The translations under genes and the position numbers were made by a program. A DNA stretch of 60,937 nucleotides, the filler included, from Sphacelaria rigidula (taxonomy: Eukaryota): NCBI GenBank assembly GCA_964200075.2. It is 7 parts of 7 records of this genome, joined end to end, with 100 filler letters (N's around TTAATTAATTAA, not from the genome) between each part and the next. Parts side by side here need not be neighbours in the genome. Positions count along the whole stretch, not along the records: positions 43,600 to 52,218 come from CAXNAA020010586.1; positions 52,319 to 60,937 come from CAXNAA020010587.1; 5 more parts are not named here. One strand, given 5' to 3'. Under the pieces are notes generated by a model. It ran no database searches. It had not been told where the DNA came from and saw only the letters and a program-made list of their open reading frames with translations. Each line of letters starts with the position of its first letter. Within the stretch, counting starts at the first letter, position 1. Of the stretch, positions 50,499-60,937 are shown piece by piece.

Positions 50499-52218
50499 GT
50501 GTGGAGCTGGACTGTCTGTGGGATACGTTGTGGTATTCGCAATAAGAATATGGATCTTGTAAGATACAGCGATGTCAAAGCTCGTTTACGGGTCTGGACG
50601 CTCACACAAATGCACAATGACGGTGTGAGATTTGGGCTTTGGGTTTGGACAAAGATGCAGGAGTTCAGGGGGAATCGTGAATCCCAAGGATGAGTACCAG
50701 TGTTCTGTAGGAGTGTCTACGGATGGAACGACAAGAGCCACGAAAAGGCGTTGAGTCTTATTTCGTGGTATATGACTATCGTAGTTTCTGTTTTGATCCC
50801 CTATTTTGAGTCATGACACGGGAGGGGTTACACATATGGATTCAGATGTTTCTCATTGAGAGGTTTTTAATTCAGGAGCTTGACAGGAATATGGGCCAGG
50901 ACATTCCCGTTTAAAGATTATTTCGGCATATTCCAGGGGTTTCTATAGTTAGGAGCTTCACAACAATATGGATCAGGGCATGCCCGCCTAAAGATTCATT
51001 CGTCATATTCCGAGCTCTCACATATTTCCGAAGTAGTCTTTGAATGAGATGCATGGCTCATAACATTTTGAATCTGATGAATATCTTGTGCTCATTCTAC
51101 AGTGGTCTCACTCTCTTGTTGGTTGACATATATATGTTGAAAGGGAAGGAACTTACGGGATCATAACACCTGAAATGCGCTACTATTTCAGCAGGGGGAT
51201 GGTTGAATACGGACCAATTTTTTGCACGCCAAACTTTATATAACGTTCCGTACAACCTTTTATTCATGGGATGGCACAAATATTTGTCGAGAACACGCGA
51301 AGTGTTCCCCCTTCCAACCACGGCAATAATACCGTCACTCTATTGCGTCACTTTTCAAAATGAAAAGCACCGCTATTGCGGTACGTGCAGCATCGTGGAG
51401 CCGACGTCGGGATGAAAACGTATTTTTTCGGACTTCGAGATATGCTACGATAGGGGGGGCGATGTACTCATTTGTCGCTTGCCTTAGTGGTTTAACCATC
51501 GATCACGCATTCCTTGCGAGACGGAGCACAGTTCCCACTCCCGGTGGAGACACCTCCAACACTTTGGCGCTCAATACATTTCTTCCATACATTGCACAGA
51601 AAGCTTTGCATGTCTTATCTTCTTCCCGACTCGCCGTCTGTGGCCATCATCTGTGTCCTGGTGTAGCGATTGCTCTCTCGCTACTGCCTAATGTACCAAA
51701 CGATTTCCTCCTACCTTTGTTTACTTCCCGCATTTCCCTCTTCAATACGCCCCGTTCCTCCTTTCATAGTTCACATTCTGCCGCTATATGAGTTTTACTC
51801 TCTATTGCTTTGCCACAGGGGTAGTTATGTGCATCTACTCCCTCCCCCATTCGACCACTGGCAAGTCTCTCCCTTCTTTCTGCCAGGTCCAGGTCTCCCA
51901 CCTGAAATCGCAATAGGTGTTTGTGTGCATGATGGGGGTGTTATTCAGCGAAATGAAGCGCTCATAGGTGTGCTAGACGCCCCCAACACACTCGCGATGC
52001 GCTTGTACTTGGCTTAAAACGATGCCGAGTAGTATTTTTGAGTAGTATTTCTCACTATCGAGCGTGTTTGAACAACCGGTGTTGCCTTCAACTTCTTGAA
52101 GTGGAATTTCGTAGAAGAAATGGTTCAAAATGTCGCCCCCTATCTCAGTGCGCTTTGGGCCGAACTATCTTAGCAGGATGCAGCTCACCCTTCATGCGAC
52201 TCGCTGAAAACACCACGG

Positions 52219-52318
52219 NNNNNNNNNNNNNNNNNNNNNNNNNNNNNNNNNNNNNNNNNNNNTTAATTAATTAANNNNNNNNNNNNNNNNNNNNNNNNNN
52301 NNNNNNNNNNNNNNNNNN
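52219..52318. other. Artificial contig linker
   Basis: Same 100-bp linker; contig 6 is 43600-52218 and contig 7 is 52319-60937. Confidence 0.97.
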
Positions 52319-52750
52319 GGGTTGAGGGGGGATAGAGTTGGGGGGGAGAAAATGGTTGTGGGTGTGGGGGGGGGGGGGGGGGGGGGGGGGGGTGAGGGGT
52401 ACTCATTTTTTGCTTGCCCTAGTCATTTGGCCCTAGACAAGGCGTCCCTTTCGAGACGGAGCACCGATCCTACTCCTCACAGAGAAACCTCCAACATGTG
52501 GGCGCTCACCACGTTTCTTCCATACGTCACGCAAAATACACGAAAACCTCTCTCGGGGAGGGGAGGCGGGGGGGGATGCTCCGCAGTTAGAACGAGGGGG
52601 TTTATCGAAGTTTGGACCTAAAATCCGACCGTGCAGCACACGTTCTTGTCAAATCGTGACGATATTATAACATCAAACGCAACTCAGGGCAGACCAAAGA
52701 CCCTCGGGTAAGGGGAGTACAAGAAAGGTCGGCAAACTGTGCTTAGTTTA

Positions 52751-53100
52751 GGCAACGAATCCCGATTTGTACAAACATGAGGATTTCAGCCCGTCTATCG
52801 GCGATTTTCTCCCGTGGATTGATTTTTCGAACCCCAGTCCGATGGGCCATGTTTTTCGGCTAGCTGTGAGCAAACCAGATCATTACTTGAAAAATTCGGG
52901 GGAGATGCAGGAGTCTCCCGATTTGGGCAAAAAAATGGTGAACCAGAAGTCAACGTCCAGAAAATCGGAGAATTGATCTGGTTTGCTCACAGCTAGCCGA
53001 AAAACATTGCCCAACGGACTGGGGTCCGAAAAATCAATCCACGGGAGAAAATCGCCCGTAGACGAGCTGAAATCTTCATATTAAATCGAGATTCGTTGCC
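52751..53100. mobile_element. Foldback MITE, 350 bp, arms of about 130 bp
   Basis: GGCAACGAATC...GATTCGTTGCC termini with long near-identical inverted arms; flanks TTA and ATA. Confidence 0.85.
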
Positions 53101-54499
53101 ATAAAAGTGGGTGTCCCACCCCTGAGTTACCAACAAAACGCAATTCAAATAACCGGTATTTTCCACCCGACAGTCCCATTCGGAGCAAAGCTGCCGGCCA
53201 TCGGCAAGGCGACGATAGAACGTCGCGGTCGTAGCATCATTTCGCCGCTACCGCCGTACAACGGCATCGCGTTCTCCCGATGGGAGCATCGCGGGCCCAC
53301 AACGACCCGTACCGGTGTGGACCATACCAAATGACGGTCGACTGGTGGAGTGATACATCATGCTGCGACAAGGCCATGAGTCCTCGATGGGTCCTTCTTG
53401 TAATTGACCCTCTCTATGAGATAGTGTCCTTATTGCACCCACCTCCCTTTGACGAGCCTTTCCGCGCGTTGCTCTGACCAGAAGAAATTTGTGGAGATAG
53501 TCCTCCATACTGGCTAGCGGTGAGGATATCGTTCGCATCTCTACCTACCTCCACATATATCTTGCGTATTCTGGGTGCTCGAGCCACCAACAAGCGTTGC
53601 ACAATACTCGTTGGTGAGTTTTGTGGATTCTGCTGGTCCCCCACCATTTCTTCGACCTCTTTGGCTCAGCGTTTTTCGGGGGACTTGCATTTACCGCGGT
53701 GCTCGGGGCCGGGATTTAAACCTGAGACCTTCTGTTCAACAAGAACAGGGGGGTTGATGTCTCCAATGCTAAAGGTACTGGCCGCATCGATGGTGGAAAC
53801 GAAGAGGGTATAGCGATGGCCAGACTACAGTAGCGGCCAGAATCGGGAAATGGTAATCAGAACAAGGGCGCGCCGACGAAAAATGCGCAGCGGCATACAC
53901 TGGCGACAACATCATGCGCACGCCGCAGTGCAAGGGGATGCCGTGGTGCGAAGAGGATGTCGCAGTGCACGACCGTGCATTTCTTCCGCGGGACAGCAAT
54001 AGGCCTATACTTTACGCAGTGCATTATTTTTGTCTATTGCAACCATCGACCATATATATATATATATATATATATACATTTTCAGGGTGTGGAGCATTCG
54101 CAGTCGAAAAATCAATTGTTGACAACGCTTGAAATGCGCTTGAAATGGCGTCTATGAACTGGCCGAAATGGACCACTGTACTTCGCACTCGACGTCAAGG
54201 CACGTGCACATCATTGACATCGCCCAAAATTGACACTGATATCGTGCACAGTACTGTTGGGGCATGCGAACCACTCAGAAAACATGTAGGAGAAAAAAAC
54301 GCAAACGTTTCCCCGCTTCTATTGATGAAAACATCGAGCTCGTCAATCAGAAACAAGGGATCCGTCCTGTCGGTTCGAGTAGAACGTCATTACGCCTCCT
54401 GCGCATGACACACACAATGCCCCGGGGTACATTGCTTGCGGCCGTACTGTTTGCACATCCTTACTTATGTTTCAAGCGTAAAAATTGCCAAAGCAAGAG

Positions 54500-55500
54500 G
54501 TGACCCACGCGGAGGGTGACTGTACAGATAGACAAAGCCGAAGCTAGACAAAACCCGAACTAAAATGTGCACTACGAGTGGAGTACAATTCAGTACAGCA
54601 CAGTGCAGTACAGGGTAGTGTTGTCTTCTCCCTTCCCCCCTCTCTGTTCCTTCCCTTTTTCTACGGGCATTACCAAGGATCAGATTACACGAAACCTTTG
54701 GAGAGTGTGTCCTCTTCGTGCCGCCAGCTCAAAACTGGAACCCGTTGACGCCAGGACGGGTCATCTGGGTCTCGCATTCATTCTTTGGCTCACCCTGAGG
54801 GAGGGGGATGCTCATTTGTTGGTTGCCTTAGTCGTTTGACCATTGATCGCGCATGCCTTTCGAGACGGAGGCAGTGACCCACCCTGGGGATGAATGACTA
54901 AAGATAGACGAAGCCGGAATGAAACGCACAGTACAGCAACGGAATAGTAAAACGCAGTACAATGCAGTAGAGTACAGCGCAGTGATGTTTACTCCCTACC
55001 CCTCGCTGTATTCCTTCCCCTTGTCTATGGGTATCAACAATGATCAGATTACCCGAAGCCTGGGGATCGCGGCCTCGTCGTGCCGCCAGCTCTATAACGG
55101 AACCCTTTTACCGCCGAAAGGTTCATCTTGGACTCATTTTTCAAGCGAATATTATGCCGAAAAAGAGATGACTCACCCTGCGGGTGATTGTATATAGATA
55201 GACGAAGCCAAACTAAAAATCAGAGTACAATAATACAGTGCAGTACAGTGCTGTGCAGTAAAACCCTGTACAGTACAGTTTAGTTCTCCTCTCTTCCCCC
55301 GACTGCGTTCCTTCCTTTCGTCCGTGGTATCACCGAGGATCAGACTACACGAAACCGTTGGAGAGCATGAACTCTTCTTGCCGCCAGCTTTAAAGTGGAA
55401 CCCTTTGACCGCCAGGGTGGGCAATTTGAGTCTTGCAGTCATTTTGCAAGCGAAATTTATCTCAATGCAACATACGACCAACCCCGAGGGTGATACTTGC
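54500..55500. repeat. Three diverged tandem units of about 300-370 bp
   Basis: AGATAGAC(A/G)AAGCC, GATCAGA(T/C)TAC and TGCCGCCAGCT each recur three times in the same order. Confidence 0.75.
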
Positions 55501-56510
55501 CCCATGTCTTTCCGAGAAACAAATTCGAAGCTTTGTCGCAGCTCACGGATGCTATACAAATGGTAGGGCGCTCATGGCGGTCCCGATAGACTCAACACAA
55601 GAAACAAAGAGAACCCCATAATACCGTCACCATGATGTTGTCTGTTCCAGCACACAACACGCTCCCTCCCTTGGGTGCACTGTGCGGCTGGGTGCGGCTG
55701 GGTGCACAAGCGGCAGCTTTTAATTCTTGAATTTGTCGGGGTGCATTATACTGGAGACACACACGTGCCGAAACAAAGTTACTCCGACTCAGACGTCTCC
55801 ACCGACGTTTCCCCCGCAGTCCCATCAGTCTGTGGTTTTTCATTTTCTTTCGTTAAGGACGTCCGGTTGATCGGTAAGCTCCTTCCAGGGACCGACCCCA
55901 GCACCCCAGTTCTCGGCGACGTGTGCGCTTCGAGAGTTGTTTCTATGCGTGTTGTGCTTCAAATCCGAATGCAGAAGGCTATCGTCTCCGCTTCACGGAA
56001 GGTCCCGCGCATTTTGATTTGATTGATTGATTGATTGATTGACGCACTTTAACTGACCCCCCAGGGATCCAGCCGTGGTCGCATGATATCGCATGGCACA
56101 ATATACCGGAAAATGGCTGCATTTTGCAGGTTGTGAGGGTTCGCTTTGAAGGCACTTTCAAAAAAGAAAGACCGGCTCACTCTGTGTCAGCCGTGTGGAG
56201 ACGTAGCGTCTGAATCGGGAGGGCGTCGCCTAAACGCACGATTTCCGAATGAGAAGAACGCAGTATAAATGTAGTGCATTAGTGCGCATCCATACGGAAA
56301 AAAGAAGACGAAGATGAGCTGCCCATGATCGGAAAAATGTCGTCGAACAGCCCGGACACTTTTGCTAACACTCCCCGATCCACATCTCTCACTCTCGTAC
56401 TTGTAGGTAACATGAAGAGGTTTGGGAACGTCAACTCGATGGATGTTCGCCCAACTCCCAACAAGAGAGCGTGGAATTCCATACAGCAATTCCAGAAGGC
56501 CCAAGAGGTC

Positions 56511-56861
56511 GGTCGCCGCGGTGGCTCAGTTGGTAACCTCGAAATATTTTCACGCTTGGGTCGTGAGTTCAAATCTTGGTGCAGTCACACGATCTGGATT
56601 TTTTCTCACACAATGCTCAACAGTGGAGAACGACCATGCCGTGGGTACACGAAATTCGTCTTCACGGGCGACGATGGAAAGGGACCGCTCAACCCCTCTC
56701 GCGATAAAAAATACGGCAAGTACCGCGGAAGAAAGGCGACGTACTAAAACAAAAAAAAAATCCTATGTTAGCTTTGCTCCTGCGTGACCGCGGCTGATGC
56801 GCCCACATATACCGAAAGGTGTAAACTGGCGTCCAGAATAGATGGGATGACAACACACACA

Positions 56862-56959
<98 letters not shown>

Positions 56960-56960
56960 C
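56511..56960 (+). mobile_element. tRNA-derived SINE with (CA)n tail
   Basis: A box TGGCTCAGTTGG, B box AGTTCAAATC, body of about 280 bp and a long CA microsatellite tail; homologous copies elsewhere in the window. Confidence 0.8.
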
Positions 56961-57854
56961 GAGCGCGCGCGCGCACGATTCGAGCGACGCAACGTATACG
57001 CAATGCCGAAGCCCCCAGATGCAGATACAGCACATTTTTCGAGGCTGAAGTCGTATTTTCCCAGCGACACGGTACCAAGCAAATAGTGCAAATCTCGCAT
57101 CTTACAGTTACAGTAGTAGCAGCAGCCGGTGTTGGCGTGGTGTTTGGATATATACACGAACTGCCTAGAATCCAAGAAAAACGGTTCGCCTGTGGCAGAT
57201 CGACGGATACTTGCAGTAAAAACAGGACGGCGGACGGGTTCACCACAAGCAAAGCGAGCCGTCGCTCATGGTTAGCCTTGGAGATAATCTTCGATCACGC
57301 AAGTTACCCCAAAATTATGGGCGCGCGCCATGGCAACTGTAGCACTTCCTCTCGTCGAAGCGTTTTCGGTTTCAGGTACGGTGCCCGACCAGCTGGAGCA
57401 GTAACGTGCTGTCTGTGCTGTACTATACAATGTCTCAACAGAACCACTAGCCGATCCAGAACACCTGCATCATGATACCTCCAACAGGAACACAGCCATC
57501 ACCCGCTTCCGAATACACAAGGCTCACCGTTTCAGATTCTCCAGCGTTATTATCAGCAGGCATGGCCATGGGGTCGAGTGCTACCCCGTCGCAGCCGCCA
57601 CTGCTGCGTTAGAGATGGACAGCACACAGGTGGCTTAAGCAGTGAAGAACCGCGAAGGAACACCGCAATTCTGGAACTAGTTCTTAACTAGTTATGGAAA
57701 AAAAAAACTACTTTGGGTTATTTTCAAATCTAAAAGAATAAAAAATGAGTTCTCAATTAGACCTGGTTCTTACCGGAGAACCAGCTTCCCCTTGTGTTGG
57801 AAAACGCTACATGTGCTGTTCGCTTGGGTACTCTCGGCTGTGCGCTGCTGCTTC

Positions 57855-57860
<6 letters not shown>

Positions 57861-57900
<40 letters not shown>
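57861..57900. repeat. (CTG)n microsatellite
   Basis: Read directly; another at 59823-59854. Confidence 0.9.
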
Positions 57901-57901
<1 letters not shown>

Positions 57902-57918
57902 CAATTTCCGCTTTTTAG

Positions 57919-57999
57919 TTGGAAATGAGTGGTTCTGCAAGGCCACGTGCTGATGGTCCCAACATTCTTCAAACGTTAGACGTGGAGCACTTCGCCCAG
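57919..57999 (+). CDS. Candidate exon LEMSGSARPRADGPNILQTLDVEHFAQ, product unknown
   Basis: TTTTTAG acceptor and CAG|GTGAG donor; 81 bp, phase 0/0. Confidence 0.45.
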
Positions 58000-59234
58000 G
58001 TGAGATGTTTGGAAGCCCTCCCCAGGCAGGGAGTGAGCATGCGGCACAACTTTCAAACGTGCTGATGGCTGGGCATGTTTGGGATGTGCCACCTGTAATT
58101 GGGGTGCGGCATCATGTTTGCCGGTGATGGTGCGCGACGGAAATGGATATCATAACCGCCACCTCGCTGTCCCCCACAAGTGATACACAGGTTGATGGCA
58201 GATGAGACTACATCATTATTGTTCAGCCGTATCCTGTCAACATCGTGACTATGATTATGATTTCCATTATAAGCCAATCAGAACGCGTTAGTTTGTCGCA
58301 TAGATGTATGGGTGGTGATTAGGGTTTAGGAGTTAGAAGTTGGGCACGAGTACAACGTACGGAGCGGTTTTCGTCGGCGCTCGGTACGCCTTCCGAATAA
58401 TCATGCCTGCAATGGGGTTGGCGTTTGTAGGACGCGGGTGGTGTTGGATGAGAGTGGAGGGCACGACTTGGAGGATTAAACACGGGGTTTCACACATTGC
58501 TGATGGATTCCTGTTTCGAGGATGAACCTTGAAAACCGTCCTAAGACCACTTCTTATGTAAAATAGGCATTGCAAAATAGCCGTTTTTCTGACAACAGAC
58601 CGAGAAACCACTCCTGTACAGGCCACTTCTCATACATTAAAAAAACAGTTGTAAACAATGACGTTTTTCAACCGTACGTTTTTCGAGATATTTTTTTCAA
58701 GTAACCCTCGTTACGTGATGGACGCTGTCAAAATTGGAACAGCGGTGATCATCGTTTTTTACAACACGTGTGGGCATAATTTCAAATACTGGGGCGTGCG
58801 AGAAAGACACGGCACTCTGCTGTCGTGTCGTGGTGGACGGTCCGTACTGTCTGTCTGTACTACTGTGATATTTTGACTGAGTAATACTTGGTGGGCTGCA
58901 TGACGCAAGACGATCAAAGAGAATTTCGCCTTGCTGTACTCACTGACGGTAGAACTGACGGCTGTGCCTTTTCGCTGCACGGTAGTACTTGACTGTACCG
59001 ACAGCACGGACAATAGCATAGATAGTGCTATATTGTATGCATTTGCTGTAGTACTACAGTAGTAGCACTGCTTGTAGTCTCGTGCGCACAGTCAGTACGG
59101 TCCTATCTCTACACGGCTGGGTGCGTGGGCAGTCTGTACAGCATTGCGACTGCTGTTCGTAACACGCTGCATGCACAGACCTCAAAAGCGCCACAACACT
59201 GTCGGACGACATACAGACTGTGTGTACAGCACTC

Positions 59235-59818
59235 GTCATCGACCCTGCCCTGTGCTGCTCTCATGGGGTGAAGGGCCAAGACATTACTGGTGGGCGAAGG
59301 ACAATGGAGCAAAACGTTGACTGCCCGCGACCACCAGCACCAGCAGTAGTGATGACAGCCAAGCCATCATGGGTGCTGTCGTGGGCTGTAGGGTGTGTTG
59401 GCGTACGGTGTGATTTCAAATGTTTTTTCAAAAACATTATTCGATGGCCCAAGGTTATCAGGAAATCTCGATTTTCTGATAATTTTGGACAAACGAAAAA
59501 TGTTATTAGAAGATATTTTACAAAAAAAAAACGCGTTTTCTGATCCCATAAAAAGCTTTTTTTGGCCTGTCATCAGAAAGCAGCTTTTTCGGAACTGTTT
59601 TTTTTATACATAGGAAGTAGCCTTATGTGACCAGAAAATGCATTTTATTATTACAAAAATCTCATGACTTTTTTCGATAGCCCGAAGTCATGAAAAAATG
59701 GAGATTATCTGATAACTTTGGGCTTTCGAAAAATGTCATTGAAAGGGCGTTTGAAATCCCGCCGCCCTCCAACACACCCTACAGCCCACGACAGCACCAT
59801 GTCGGCTTGAATGACATC

Positions 59819-59855
<37 letters not shown>

Positions 59856-59950
59856 GCGCTCAGTGAGCGTGTTGCATCCTCATCTTCGCCCCCCAGTAGC
59901 GTGGTGGCCCTCGACCCCGTGGCAAAAGCAGGGGGTGGGTTCGATGATCT
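59235..59950. repeat. Large imperfect inverted repeat (foldback element)
   Basis: Arms of about 250 bp with a perfect 30-bp block (59372-59401 against 59769-59798) and an AT-rich centre. Confidence 0.75.
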
Positions 59951-60937
59951 CTTGCCAGAAGCTGTGCTGGCTTTGGCGTCGGCGTCGGCGTCGGCGTTGG
60001 CGTTGGTTGTTCAATTTTCAGCGAGACGATACGTCGTCAGACGCTGAGCCGGATGAGCCCGCGCCTGCTTTTTGGGTATGAACCCTCTCATCCGTGGACG
60101 GACAACGCGCAAAAAAATAGTGCAGCCGTGAGTGTTTGTACCGTGTACATGGGCGAAACACGACTGCAAAAACATGACTAAAATAGAAACGGTGAAGCGT
60201 ATACTGTACACATGGGAAGAAAACCAAGCGGGCGGGAGGGGGCAGGGGGGGCACAAGCGGGCGCAGCAGCGAGAGCAGTAGCGTGTGGCACTCTCGAGGC
60301 TACTCCTGTCCATACCTCGTGCTCCAAACACAATTATCGAATGAATCAATATAACCCGTGGTACGTGCACCGTGCTAAAAGGAAACAAGCCGAGGGTGGG
60401 GATGGGGAGTAGCACATGTCTACACCGCGGCAGCAGCAGTAGCGGCACGCGTCAGCAGCTGCTGTGCCATGCTAAAGATACAAAATGAAGGGCAAAAAGA
60501 AAAGGATCGCAAAACTCAGGCGCGCGCACCTTGTAGAAAGTTATGAACCAAACGGGTGGGTTGGGGCGTGAGGCATGGCGACTGTACCGCACAGCAGCAG
60601 CAGTAGCTGGCAGCGCATGCCAGGCTACTGTCGAGCCATGGTAGGAATACAGCAGTAAACAATACGAAGCGAATTCAAAACTATGGTGCCAACAACTCAC
60701 AGAGAAAAAAAAGGAGGGGGTGGGGGCGGGCGGGGGGAAGCGTTGGCAGTATCAGAAGCAGCAGTTCGTTGCGCATGTCAATTTACTGCTGTGCAAGCCA
60801 CGAAGCACACATCGTATGCAGCGGCAAATACTCGATTTCTTCTGGTGCGTGCACTGTACAACGAAATTGAGGGAGGGGCGGGTGTACTCATGATTATGCA
60901 TGCCATAGTCATCAGACCATTGACCTCGCATCCCTAC

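Noticed and set aside
53174-53314. Candidate exon VPFGAKLPAIGK...TTTRT
   Set aside because: GC-rich open frame with weak splice signals and no recognisable homology or partner exon.
53690-53790. Third tRNA-derived SINE head on the minus strand
   Set aside because: A B-box-like GGTTTAAATCC is present, but there is no clear A box and no second copy.
60895-60925. Hammerhead ribozyme (CUGAUGA on the minus strand)
   Set aside because: No stem II followed by GAAA in the required position, and the motif is not conserved in the other copies.

Overview
This is eukaryotic nuclear DNA, most likely from a brown alga (Phaeophyceae). That assignment is inferred from a DUF3493/LPA1-like photosynthesis gene, short exons in multi-kb introns and an RTE-like LINE peptide. 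The window is not one locus. It is seven contigs of 8621, 8620, 8620, 8619, 8619, 8619 and 8619 bp, apparently sorted by length and joined by 100-bp N linkers containing TTAATTAATTAA, so no synteny can be read across the linkers. Most ORFs in the supplied track are spurious. Manual splicing recovers partial genes for a GCN2-type eIF2-alpha kinase (4 exons), a GT8 glycogenin-like glycosyltransferase (2 exons), a DUF3493/LPA1-like protein (3 exons), an IQ-motif protein (2 exons) and a coiled-coil C-terminus (2 exons). The rest is dense with mobile DNA: foldback MITEs, hAT- and Stowaway-like MITEs with target-site duplications (TSDs), a decayed Copia gag-protease, tRNA-derived SINEs, LINE 3' tails and hairpin minisatellite arrays. 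The most intriguing item is a 65-75 nt element present 10 times in two subfamilies, usually next to G/C runs. It folds on one strand only, with G-U pairs, a GNRA loop and one compensatory change, and is a candidate structured-RNA mobile element.
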